Shown: piece after piece, positions 9,587-18,884 of the stretch | Layout of the letters: the number at the start of each line of letters is the position of its first letter | How positions within the stretch are numbered: the first letter of the stretch is position 1 | Source of the DNA: Planctomycetota bacterium | GTDB lineage: Bacteria; Planctomycetota; SZUA-567; H5-PLA8 | Direction: 5' to 3' | Assembly: GCA_038227875.1 (NCBI GenBank) | Contig: JBBRPR010000012.1 | Coordinates: forward strand, 32,001-96,000 | Length of the DNA: 64,000 nucleotides | The notes under the pieces: generated by a model | Told to the model about the DNA's origin: nothing | The model's input: the letters and a program-made list of their open reading frames with translations, nothing else | Database searches by the model: none | Made by a program: the position numbers and the translations under genes

Positions 9587-10192
9587 TCAACCCCAACCCA
9601 ATTTGCCGAGTACCGCGTTTACATCTGAATTCATGCCGAGCAATTCCTGAATACGCGTTGCGGCCAGTTCGCGGTACTTTGGACGGATGGAACAATCCTT
9701 TTCCATGTAGACATCTTGACCCATGGATACAATTATGCCGATTTGGGCTAAACAGGCGGACATTGTGTTAAGGTCGGGAAACATTTTGCTTGCGTTCCAT
9801 TTTCCTTCGCCACGAAACGCGTGCAATACCTCGTCCGTGGTTCGATCAAAAATGAATGGATCGCCTCCCTCGTTGGCAACAACGAGCCAATCGTCGTTCC
9901 AGTCCCCAATGGGTTCGCCACTCAAGCCATTCCACCGATACCCGGCCTGAAACTTCCATAGGTCAGCAAGGCCAGAAAGAAAATAGGAATTACCGTGGTT
10001 CTGGATGGTGATGTTTGCCGGTCCCACTTCCCAATAGAAAAGTTCGACCGCTCTCGGTATTGGAAATGAACCCGTCCAATCTTGACGTGCCTGCGGTCTA
10101 ACCTCGCCGTGTAATGTGAGCAGTTGTTTCGACTCCTCGGCAGTGACCATTACCACCATCTCCACGCGTGCTCGTTCTTTTTTGCCGGGCAT
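9587..10192 (-). CDS. SMI1/KNR4 (SUKH)-like protein, putative immunity protein
   Basis: Pattern P..VELFYWEVG...WLVVANEGGDPFIFD...VLHA resembles the SUKH fold. Lower GC than flanking housekeeping genes. Start codon uncertain. Confidence 0.55.
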   Translation of the reverse strand: MPGKKERARVEMVVMVTAEESKQLLTLHGEVRPQARQDWTGSFPIPRAVELFYWEVGPANITIQNHGNSYFLSGLADLWKFQAGYRWNGLSGEPIGDWNDDWLVVANEGGDPFIFDRTTDEVLHAFRGEGKWNASKMFPDLNTMSACLAQIGIIVSMGQDVYMEKDCSIRPKYRELAATRIQELLGMNSDVNAVLGKLGWG

Positions 10193-10225
10193 GACGGAAG
10201 GGGATCATTGAGAACGCCTCCAGCA

Positions 10226-10729
10226 TCATTCGTCTTTCGGTTTGTTTGTAACATAGTAATTCCATGCGATATCGAAACCATCTTTCACGGACTTCAGCGC
10301 GTTCTCTCGCCTTTCCTTTTTCGTTTTATAAGCATCCACAATACTAATTGCGAAGTCAGCAAGTGTAAAACCCCACGCATCCGGGCTTTTAAAAATTCCG
10401 CTCCGAAGCGTTGTTTGTTGCGAATTCTCCACAACCCAAATTCGCGCAATTTCAATCGCGTGGTCACATTTCTTTGCCGTTGAAGGGATTTCCAATTCAT
10501 TCCGATGCTGCTTATTGGTCACGGATCCTTTTTGCTCAACTTCATGCGGAAGCTTTGAAACCAACCGCAGAAGCTCTACTTCGTGACCGAACTCGTCTGC
10601 GGTAAGTGATTCAGTCTTGATCTTGAGGGCGGTTTCGATCATTTCCGCGAGAGCCTCCGAAGTGAGCAGCCCTTCGGCTTTCGCCGCCGAGGCGAGTTCA
10701 TCGGGCAAATCAACTTGCACGGTAGTCAT
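10226..10729 (-). CDS. Hypothetical protein: antitoxin/RHH-like N-terminus plus DUF5076-like domain
   Basis: N-terminus MTTVQVDLPDELASAAKAEGLL; C-terminal ELEIP...IEIARIWV...AWGFTLAD resembles DUF5076. GAGGAG upstream of the ATG at 10729. Confidence 0.55.
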   Translation of the reverse strand: MTTVQVDLPDELASAAKAEGLLTSEALAEMIETALKIKTESLTADEFGHEVELLRLVSKLPHEVEQKGSVTNKQHRNELEIPSTAKKCDHAIEIARIWVVENSQQTTLRSGIFKSPDAWGFTLADFAISIVDAYKTKKERRENALKSVKDGFDIAWNYYVTNKPKDE

Positions 10730-10824
10730 TTCTGTTCTCCTCAATTAGCAGTGCTGACGATGGCGAATGTCCGCTCCGGCATCCAAGCGGGAATAGTGTA
10801 CTGCCCAGCGAAACCACAGTATTG

Positions 10825-10900
10825 ATCCCGGTGTCACCGGCCTTCGTGGTGTCGCTGCGCTCAACCACCGGCTAATTTCTATGAACCCTCCGGGTTCACA
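10825..10900. repeat. REP-like palindromic intergenic element
   Basis: Short hairpins ccggtg-t-caccgg and tgaaccc-tcc-gggttca flank ggtgtcgctgcgctcaaccaccggctaa. Confidence 0.4.
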
Positions 10901-11169
10901 GCGGGTGGTTGGAGTGCAGCGAGCATTGTGCGCCAATTTGTTTTGTGCACCGCTGGGTTCATAAATCGGCGCAGAATGCCCGCGCACTCCGTCCTCCATT
11001 CACCGAGATTTAGCATTCTCATAATTGGCTTTCGAAATGTCAAACTTGCGGAGTCTGCGACGGTGCACGTCGTAGCTTCCCCAGTAGGGCGAACTGATCG
11101 CTTTGGTCCGACAGTTGCGCAAAAGTCCAAGAGAAGACTGCAATTGGTATTCTTTGAGAGGAGACGGCC

Positions 11170-11715
11170 ATGTCCATTCAACTTAAACCCGCGAAAAGCG
11201 TTGCCGCGATTCCGGCGGTGTTTGGGATCTTTACGGAGCGTTCCAAGGCCGAGTTGGCGGTCGCGTTGTTGAAAGCGAATGAATATAAGGGCACAGAAAT
11301 CTCGGTGCTCTATCCGCATGCCAACGACCGCCGAGACCTGGTCGAGGTGCCGACGACCAAGGCGCTGCAAGGCGCGGAAATTGGCGCTGGAGCCGGGGCG
11401 GTCATCGGCGTGCTGGGCTGGATTTCGGGCATCGGCTTGCTGGCGGTTCCCGGAATTGGCGCACTGGTTGCCGCCGGACCGATCGCGGCATTGTTGCTGA
11501 CGGTTGGAGCTGGGACCGGAGCGGGCGTGCTGCTGGGAACGCTCTCGGGAATGGGCATACCCGATAAGGAAGCCGAGCGCTTCCACGGACGACTGCACAA
11601 AGGCGATATCCTGCTCTCCGTGCACACCCCGGACTCCGAACGGCTGATCCAGGCCAAGGAGATCATGGTTCAGACGGGGGCGGAAGATGTATACTCGGCG
11701 CGCGGGCATGCGTAG
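11170..11715 (+). CDS. General stress protein-like membrane protein (glycine-zipper type)
   Basis: AVFGIF...EISVL, Gly-rich hairpin GLLAVPGIGALVAAGPI, then GMGIP..EAERF...GDILLSVH. GAGAGGAG RBS. Confidence 0.75.
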   Translation: MSIQLKPAKSVAAIPAVFGIFTERSKAELAVALLKANEYKGTEISVLYPHANDRRDLVEVPTTKALQGAEIGAGAGAVIGVLGWISGIGLLAVPGIGALVAAGPIAALLLTVGAGTGAGVLLGTLSGMGIPDKEAERFHGRLHKGDILLSVHTPDSERLIQAKEIMVQTGAEDVYSARGHA

Positions 11716-11734
11716 CAGGGCGCGCTGACGCGCG

Positions 11735-11764
11735 AGGGGTCAGGGGTCAGGGGTCAGGGGTCAG
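11735..11764 (+). repeat. (AGGGGTC)4 heptamer tandem repeat
   Basis: Four exact units; related units at 9486-9503 and near 9548. Confidence 0.9.
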
Positions 11765-12126
11765 AATAGATGAGCGGCTGGCGAGTTGAGGACGCGCACA
11801 GGGTTGAGCGTGTTTAAATTGTCCCTATAGGACAACGATAAGTGATTGCGACTTTTTCCAGGGCTGCGCGGAGTCGCCGCATGCGCGTCGACTCGGCTTG
11901 CCCTTCGCTGATGAAAGTGGACCCGTTGGGTCCAACGGCGGCGCGCGCTCTGGAAAATTCCTTTAATGGAGACGTGCCACCCGCCATGCCGAACTATTTA
12001 ATATAAACACGGATGTAATCGGACATGCACCAGAGGCCACATAACATGGTCTCTAACATTCCGTGTTCTCGGGACCTTTGTTGGACTGATCATCCGCGCC
12101 GACGAGGTTCGTGTTCGCTCCGCTCA

Positions 12127-12157
12127 CCCACCCGATTTTCTTCGAAAATCGGGTGGG
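12127..12157. repeat. Perfect 14-bp stem hairpin
   Basis: cccacccgattttc-ttc-gaaaatcgggtggg. Confidence 0.75.
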
Positions 12158-12490
12158 CCACCCCTCGCGTTTATCCATAGCGTTCGGCAATGTAGCGCGT
12201 CACGACACTAGTCTCAACGGCGAGACCGTGGCACTCTCTTGAGTGCAAGCTGCTTGGATGATGTTTATCGATGGACACCGCCGGCAACGGCAGCTGCTAC
12301 TGCAACGGCAACGGCGGGGACTCCGGGCGGGCCGCCCGGACTACAAACGGCATGGGCGCTCCGCGGCGGGGTGTCCGTGAAATCTTTGCTGGGATTCGGG
12401 CGGCGGGATGCGAATCTTGTGCGTCTTGATCGGTAAAATGGACGATTCCATAGTCGGTCGTTTCGCATTGAGCACAGGGTTCTCTCTATA

Positions 12491-13786
12491 ATGTACGTCG
12501 TCAGCATCGCCGCTCGTCACATGAAAACGCGGAGTATCTCGTGGGTCGCGGTGGCGATGATCGCGCTGGTGGTGGTGATGTACCTGCTGATCATCTCGGT
12601 CGTCGAAGGTTTCAAAGCGCATTACATGGACAAACTGCAGAGCATCCTGGCGCATGCGACCGTCAGCGTCGGGCAGCTCACGGGCGGCATTGAACATCCG
12701 GAAGAGTGGGCCAAGGAATTGACCACGGCGGCACCGGGGATCAAGGGCGTGACCATCGGGCTGGAGACGCCGGCGATGGCGATCTTCAATTCGCCGCACG
12801 GTGGAGGGACGATCCAGACGATCGGGACGCTGCGCGGCGTCGATTTTCCGTTGGAGCTCAAGCACGGGCGGTTGAAGGAGATTCTGTTTCCGAAAGATTT
12901 GAGCGACCTGGGACAGCACGAGGTCGCCGGACGGATGCGGCCGGATTGCGTGATGGGCGGGTATTGGCGGAAGGCGTACGGGCTTTCCGTTGGCGATCGC
13001 GTCACGTTCATCTTCACGAAAGAGGACGGCGACCCCAAGCCGGTGGAGTTTGTAATCACGGGGTTTTTCTCCGGCGAGAGCGCGTACCTGGAGACGGGCG
13101 CGTACGTCGACCGGAAGATGCTGGCGGAGATGATTCAGGTGGAAGGGCGCGCCAAGACGCTCTCGATCTGGCTTGACGACCCCAACCGGCCGGACTTGAA
13201 ACAGATCTGCGACAAGCTGCGCGCGAAGATGACGGAGTTAATCCGCAAGGACGTGCGGCCGGGGAAGGAAGACCGGACGTCGTGGATTGAAATCGAAACG
13301 TGGCAGGACAAGGACAACAAGTTTTACCAGGCGATGACGCGCGAAAATCTGATGATGCGGTTTGTGCTGCTGATTTTCCTGCTGCTGGTCTCGTTTATCA
13401 TCTTTCTGATCTTCGGCCGGCTGGTCGCGGAGAAAGTACGCGACGTCGGCGCGCTGCGGGCGATGGGCGCGACGCCGGCGGGAATCTGCAGCTGTTTCCT
13501 GGTGCAGGGGCTGTTCGTGGGCGCAACCGGCGTGCTGGTGGGATTGCTGCTGGCGTGGGGCGTCATCGGGCACCTCAGCGACATTGCGTACTGGATCAAG
13601 GCGCTGACGGGCTTTGAGCCCTATCCGGCGGACTCGTTTGGCGTGACGGGGATTCCGCATGTGACGCTGCCGTTCGATATTTTCGTGATTTCGGCGATGA
13701 GCATCCTGGCGGCGGTGATCGGCGCGTTCTGGCCGGCGTACCGGGCCTCGCAGCTGAATCCGGTTGAATGCTTGAGGCACGAATGA
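12491..13786 (+). CDS. LolC/E-type (FtsX/MacB family) ABC permease, lipoprotein-releasing system
   Basis: N-terminal TM ending SVVEGF, periplasmic domain, then EKVRDVGALRAMGA, FLVQG and C-terminal [17 protein letters not shown]. Confidence 0.85.
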   Translation: MYVVSIAARHMKTRSISWVAVAMIALVVVMYLLIISVVEGFKAHYMDKLQSILAHATVSVGQLTGGIEHPEEWAKELTTAAPGIKGVTIGLETPAMAIFNSPHGGGTIQTIGTLRGVDFPLELKHGRLKEILFPKDLSDLGQHEVAGRMRPDCVMGGYWRKAYGLSVGDRVTFIFTKEDGDPKPVEFVITGFFSGESAYLETGAYVDRKMLAEMIQVEGRAKTLSIWLDDPNRPDLKQICDKLRAKMTELIRKDVRPGKEDRTSWIEIETWQDKDNKFYQAMTRENLMMRFVLLIFLLLVSFIIFLIFGRLVAEKVRDVGALRAMGATPAGICSCFLVQGLFVGATGVLVGLLLAWGVIGHLSDIAYWIKALTGFEPYPADSFGVTGIPHVTLPFDIFVISAMSILAAVIGAFWPAYRASQLNPVECLRHE

Positions 13787-14505
13787 GCGACGCGGCGGCG
13801 GTGGCAAAAAAAGCGGTGGTCAAAGCCGACAACCTGTCGCGCGTGTTCATCGACGGGCAGCGGCAACTGCAGGTGTTGTCCGGCGTCACGCTGGAATTGT
13901 TCGGCGGCGAAGTCGCGGCGCTGATCGGCAAGAGCGGCTGCGGCAAGAGTACGCTGCTGCATCTGATCGGGTTGCTGGACACGCCCAACGGGGGCGAGGT
14001 GCTGATCGACGGCACGCCGGCGGGCAATTTGAGCGAGCGGGAGCGCGCGTACATTCGCAACACGCGCATCGGCTTTATCTTTCAGCACTATTTTCTGCTG
14101 CCGGAATTCAGCGTCGTCGAGAACATCGAGATGCCGGCGAAGGTCGCGTTTTCGCCGACGGAGTGGTTGTCGAAGAAGCAGGAATACCGCGCGCGGGCGC
14201 TGCAACTGGTCGAGCAGGTGGGTTTGACGCCGCATGTAAACACGCGGCCGAAGACGCTTTCGGGCGGCGAGCGGCAGCGGGTCGCGGTGGCGCGCGCGCT
14301 GCTTTTGCAGCCGCGGATCCTGTTGTGCGATGAACCCACGGGAAATCTTGACCCGGAGACGGGAAGTCATATCATGGAGTTGATCTTCGACTTAAGCCGC
14401 AAGCACGGCACAGCAGTTCTGGTGGTGACGCACGACCGGACGCTGGCAGCGCGGGCGGACCGGACGTATCGGCTGGAGCTGGGGAGATTGGCGGACGAGA
14501 GGTGA
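13783..14505 (+). CDS. lolD: LolD-type ABC ATPase
   Basis: Walker [46 protein letters not shown] overlap with the permease stop. Confidence 0.85.
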   Translation: MSDAAAVAKKAVVKADNLSRVFIDGQRQLQVLSGVTLELFGGEVAALIGKSGCGKSTLLHLIGLLDTPNGGEVLIDGTPAGNLSERERAYIRNTRIGFIFQHYFLLPEFSVVENIEMPAKVAFSPTEWLSKKQEYRARALQLVEQVGLTPHVNTRPKTLSGGERQRVAVARALLLQPRILLCDEPTGNLDPETGSHIMELIFDLSRKHGTAVLVVTHDRTLAARADRTYRLELGRLADER

Positions 14506-14522
14506 TGTTGAACGGCGACAGC

Positions 14523-14594
14523 GGGAATTGGGAATCGGGATTCGTTGCGCGTTCCCCTTTGGCGAATCCCGATTCCCAAAATCCCGAATCCCGC
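14523..14594. repeat. Inverted heptamer-based repeat (GGGAATY/GGGATTC units), probable terminator or REP
   Basis: 17-bp arms at 14528-14544 and 14563-14579, immediately downstream of lolD. Confidence 0.7.
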
Positions 14595-14810
14595 AGTTCG
14601 TGCCGTTCATCATGTCGAATGTGACGCACAGGTACGCCTGCGGTTAAGGAAATGGAGTTTTGACTTTTTAGTTAAGTGCTCGCGAAAGAACGTGTTAAAG
14701 TTTGTCAGATTTCAGAGAGAGCAGTGTACTTTTTAATTGAGGCTTAGCCGAGTTGCCGTAACTCAAAACTAAGAACTCAACACTCAAAACTGTCCGCAGG
14801 ACTACAGACT

Positions 14811-16442
14811 GTGCCTCAGATCCGCGTCAAATCCGGTCCGCAAAAGGGGAAGATTATTCCCGTCGACGGCAACCAGCCGATCGTGATCGGGCGCGAGCCC
14901 TCGTGCTCGCTGCAGATCGTGGACCGTGGCGTGTCGCGCGAACATGCGCAGATTTTCCGCGTCGGCGAAATGGTGTTCATCCGGGACCTCGGCAGCCGCA
15001 ACGGCTGTTTCGTCAACGAGGAGCGGGTTAAAGAAGAATTGCTGCGCGAAGGCGATACGGTGCGCGTGGGCAATACGCAGCTGGTCTTCGAGAGCCGCCG
15101 CACGGCCCAGGAGCAGGGCCCCGAGCTGCAATACGAAGACGGCGGCGAGATTCGCACGTCGCTGGAATTGAAGATCGACGACCTCTACGTGGCCGAAGGC
15201 GAAGGCGTGACGCCCGGTCGCGAAGGCGAGATGTTCAAGGCCATTTGCCAGGCCACGCAGGTGATGCAGAGCGAATCCGACGAGACGAAGCTGTTCGGCA
15301 AGCTGCTGGAATTGCTGCAGGCGCACAGCCCGGCGGACAATGCATTCCTTTTTTTGCGCGACGAAGTGAGCGGCCAGATTTCACCGCGTTCCGTGCGCCC
15401 CAAGGGAACCGACAGCGGCGTGCCGATCTCGCGATCGATCCTGCGGCGCGTGATCACCGAATCGCGCGCGATCCTCACGGCCGACGCGATGCAGGACGAC
15501 CGCTTCAAGGCCGACGATTCGATCGTGATGAACAAGATCCGCTCGGTGCTGTGCGTGCCGATCCAAGGCAAGGGTGCGCCGATTGGCGCGTTGTACTGCG
15601 TGAATTCGCGGCTGAACGAAACGTTCGATCAGGCCGATTTGCAACTGGTCACGGCGATGGGCACCCAGCTGGGGTTGTCGTTGGAGAACATGTACCAGGT
15701 GCGCGGCCGGCGGCGCATGTTCCTGCGCACGATCGGACGGATTCTGTCGAGCCTGGAAGGTTACAAGACGCGCGAACGCGGACACGCCGAACGGGTGATG
15801 GTTTTCGCAGCGGCGATCGCCAAGGAAATGGGCTTTCAGGATCGCGATCTGCTCTCGACGGTGGTGGCGGCACTGCTGCATGACATCGGTAAGCTGCCGA
15901 GCGTCGCGGTGCTGGCGCCGGATCCAGCGGATCCGGCGGCGCATATCCTGGCGGGCATTGAATTCGTGCGCGACATTCCCGGCGTGGAGGAAGCGCTGCC
16001 CGCGATTCGTTCTCATCACGAACGCTTCGACGGCAGCGGATTTCCGGACAAGCTGAAGGGCGACAAGATTCCCATCGCGGCGCGGGTGGTTTCGCTGGCC
16101 AGCGATCTGGACAAGCTGGTCTTTCCGGCCGGCAATCAAGCTCACGCGGCGGAACCGGACCCGACGCTGGTGCGCAACGCGTTCGCGGAGATCACCAACG
16201 CCGCCGGAAAACTGTACGATCCGGAAGTGGTGCGCGCCCTGCTGGTGGCTCACCGCCACGGTGCGCTGCGGTCAATGAGCATCATGGAGCGGATGGCGTC
16301 GGATTCGAGCGCGGGAAATCCCGCGGTGGCTGGACACAACGCAGACACGACCACGTCGGCTCCGGCGGTGCGCGGAGCGTCGGCGAAGATGGCGGCGTCG
16401 GCGGGGAACGATACGACGACGGCGGTCAAGCCGGCGGAGTGA
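14811..16442 (+). CDS. FHA-GAF-HD(-GYP-like) signalling protein
   Basis: FHA motifs IGRE, VSREHA, DLGSRNG; GAF motif IRSVLCVPI; HD domain GHAERV, LLHDIGK, HHERFDGSGFP. Confidence 0.88.
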   Translation: MPQIRVKSGPQKGKIIPVDGNQPIVIGREPSCSLQIVDRGVSREHAQIFRVGEMVFIRDLGSRNGCFVNEERVKEELLREGDTVRVGNTQLVFESRRTAQEQGPELQYEDGGEIRTSLELKIDDLYVAEGEGVTPGREGEMFKAICQATQVMQSESDETKLFGKLLELLQAHSPADNAFLFLRDEVSGQISPRSVRPKGTDSGVPISRSILRRVITESRAILTADAMQDDRFKADDSIVMNKIRSVLCVPIQGKGAPIGALYCVNSRLNETFDQADLQLVTAMGTQLGLSLENMYQVRGRRRMFLRTIGRILSSLEGYKTRERGHAERVMVFAAAIAKEMGFQDRDLLSTVVAALLHDIGKLPSVAVLAPDPADPAAHILAGIEFVRDIPGVEEALPAIRSHHERFDGSGFPDKLKGDKIPIAARVVSLASDLDKLVFPAGNQAHAAEPDPTLVRNAFAEITNAAGKLYDPEVVRALLVAHRHGALRSMSIMERMASDSSAGNPAVAGHNADTTTSAPAVRGASAKMAASAGNDTTTAVKPAE

Positions 16443-16445
16443 CGT

Positions 16446-16485
16446 GATTGCGGATTGCGGATTGCGGATTGCGGATTGCGGATTG
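16446..16485. repeat. (GATTGCG)5.7 heptamer tandem repeat between convergent genes
   Basis: Read directly from the sequence. Confidence 0.9.
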
Positions 16486-16550
16486 GATGGGCCGTAAGAT
16501 CAGGCGGTCCGACGATTACCGCGTAGTGGTTTCCGAAAAATTCCTGCCGA

Positions 16551-18137
16551 TCACGCTGTGACGACGCTGTCTTCGGTTCCGAAAGACGCGTAGGTGCATT
16601 CGAACTGATACGCCAGCCAGGCGAAGCTGCAGAGCGCGACGAGGACAGCGCCGTCGGGGTATTCTTGTTTCAAGAGTGCGTCGTAAAGGCCGTGCAGGAG
16701 CATCGGGACGAAACAGATTTTGACGACGTACCATTTTGATTCGCGCAGTTCGGCCTGATTGCGGTAGGCGGAGAGGCCCACGGCGGCGGCCCAAATGCCG
16801 TGGAGCGCGACGCAGGAAATGAAGCGGATCAGGTAGATGTCGTAGCGCATCAGGCCGTTGTACATGCCGGCGTACATGATGCCTTCGGTCACGCCGAAAC
16901 CGACGCCGGAGGCCAGGCCCCAGACGCAGGCGCCGCGCCAGTCGAGCTTGGTGCGGTCGCGGAACATGTAGAAGAGCACGAGGCCTTTGCAGACTTCCTC
17001 ACACAGGCCGATGCCGAAGGTGAAGCCGACCAGACTGAGCGCGAAGCCGGAACTGGGGTCGTGCGCGAGTTGGTAGCACAAGCCGATGACTTTCAAGATG
17101 AGCATGAAGAGGGCGATCATGCCGCCGCCGCGGATCCAGACGCCGCCGGTGTGGAACGCCACCCATTGAAATCCCAGCAGGATGAGGATGCCGATGGTTC
17201 CGGTGAAAAGCCCGGAGAGCAGCAGGTGGCTGGCCTTGGCGTTGCCGAGCGGAAAGAGGAGCAGGATAATCGCCCAGTAAATCGCCGCTGAGACGATCGC
17301 GTAGAACCACTGCGTGTGGGAATTGCGCGGCAGGTGCGCGCCTTCGATGCGGCCATCGGGGAAGAGGCTCAGCAGCTTGCTGAGCCCGGACTCTTCATCA
17401 TCCTCCTGCATCGCCGACTTGATCTTTTCCTTCTGGGCGACGGGCAGGTGCTGGAGAGTGTCTTTGAAGCGCTGCTCGACGTTGTCATCGGGGCGGAAGA
17501 GCGAGAAAACGAGCGGGAAGAGCGCCAGCGAGAGCAGCCAGTAGCGCAACTCCGCGACGGCGCTGCTGCCGGGTTTGGGCTTATAGCGCGCGGAACCGAA
17601 GAGATTGGGTTTGTTCTCCGGGGGCACGATGCCCGTTTTGCCGCGCACGACCGGCGGGATGTAGGTCTTCGTGCGCGGATATGCGGCGCGGGAGGTTAGT
17701 GAGGGTTCGTGTGAGGCGGGCGGAGGAGGGGGCTGCAATTCCAGCTCATCGTTGGACGACGCGGGTGCGAAATCGGGCGATGCGAATGGATTGACCGGAG
17801 CGCGCGTGTCAGCGATGGGTGGTGCGACCGGCGGAGTCATGGCACGCGGAAATGTGGGTGGCGGCAGCCGCGAGGGAAGCGGCGTCACCGTGGCGGAAAT
17901 CGGACGGTTGGCGCTGCTGGGGCTGCGTGGAATCGGGACGGAGGTCGCAGTCGCTCGTGGGAGAATTCCGCCCGGCGGTTTTGGCGCGGGAGGGGGTGGA
18001 GGCGGTGGCGGTGCGGCCTGGGGTGCGTGGGGAATATTCACCCAGCCGCCACATTGCGGACACTTGCAGGTCTTACCGGCGAGGAAATTACTGGTTTGAA
18101 TGGTCTGGCCGCACGTACATTGCACAATAATAGGCAT
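16551..18137 (-). CDS. PrsW-family intramembrane glutamic/metalloprotease with N-terminal Zn ribbon and Pro-rich linker
   Basis: GLCEEVCKG, GVGFGVTE, ALHGIW and LLHGLYD motifs. N-terminal CTCG...CPQCG. Confidence 0.85.
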   Translation of the reverse strand: MPIIVQCTCGQTIQTSNFLAGKTCKCPQCGGWVNIPHAPQAAPPPPPPPPAPKPPGGILPRATATSVPIPRSPSSANRPISATVTPLPSRLPPPTFPRAMTPPVAPPIADTRAPVNPFASPDFAPASSNDELELQPPPPPASHEPSLTSRAAYPRTKTYIPPVVRGKTGIVPPENKPNLFGSARYKPKPGSSAVAELRYWLLSLALFPLVFSLFRPDDNVEQRFKDTLQHLPVAQKEKIKSAMQEDDEESGLSKLLSLFPDGRIEGAHLPRNSHTQWFYAIVSAAIYWAIILLLFPLGNAKASHLLLSGLFTGTIGILILLGFQWVAFHTGGVWIRGGGMIALFMLILKVIGLCYQLAHDPSSGFALSLVGFTFGIGLCEEVCKGLVLFYMFRDRTKLDWRGACVWGLASGVGFGVTEGIMYAGMYNGLMRYDIYLIRFISCVALHGIWAAAVGLSAYRNQAELRESKWYVVKICFVPMLLHGLYDALLKQEYPDGAVLVALCSFAWLAYQFECTYASFGTEDSVVTA

Positions 18138-18272
18138 AAGCGATCCTGAACGGCTGATTCGAGCTATATGAGCATCACTGTGTTGTTGAAGAATACGGAA
18201 GGGGATGAGGGATTGCTAATTAAATGTGGGCGGTGAGGTGGATATTGGATCACCTGTGCATATTTATAAACG

Positions 18273-18299
18273 CGAAACGCCTCCAACGGAGGCGCTTCG
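18273..18299 (-). terminator. Hairpin, probable terminator of the 18319-18768 gene
   Basis: cgcctcc-aac-ggaggcg stem followed on the minus strand by tttcgcgttt. Confidence 0.5.
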
Positions 18300-18318
18300 A
18301 GCCGGGAAGTAGAGATCG

Positions 18319-18768
18319 TTATTCGGAGGCGGTGCGGTCGGACGTGGACTCCATGTATTTGTCGAAGTAGCTCCGGGTCAAATACGTGCTGACGCGCGTG
18401 GGAAAGGCCCAGCCATTGTTAATGTAAAGCAGATACCAGCGCGCGATCTCCAGCTTGTCGTTCGCGGACAAGGGGTCGGAGTCGTGGTCTTCGAAGTGCT
18501 TTTTTTTATCGAAAAAGAAATCGAGCAATTTGTCGTTGGCGTAAGTGGCTTCGCTGGAGATCGACTCGTTTTCATTCATCGCATCGGTCGCTCGAGCGTG
18601 AAATGAGCGCTCCCAGGACGCGTCAATGTTCTCACCGCTGTGCGCTTTGAGATAGGCTTGCATCTGGGGAGTGAGCACTTCTTCTGCGTAGGCGTGCGTA
18701 GCTGCACCCGAAATGAGAACGGCGGCGACGACGAGCACTCCGAAGGACGGATTACGAATAATATTCAT
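18319..18768 (-). CDS. Exported hypothetical protein
   Basis: Signal peptide ending AYA. GAGGTG upstream. No recognised domain. Confidence 0.65.
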   Translation of the reverse strand: MNIIRNPSFGVLVVAAVLISGAATHAYAEEVLTPQMQAYLKAHSGENIDASWERSFHARATDAMNENESISSEATYANDKLLDFFFDKKKHFEDHDSDPLSANDKLEIARWYLLYINNGWAFPTRVSTYLTRSYFDKYMESTSDRTASE

Positions 18769-18884
18769 GGATGCACCTCTTTTTGTCTGCTGAGTGGTAG
18801 GCGGAGGATTTCACAGTTAACCGGTCGCCAAGAGGTGTAGAGCACTTCTTAAGCCGCAAATTCCAAGCGTCTCAAATTTCCAGT

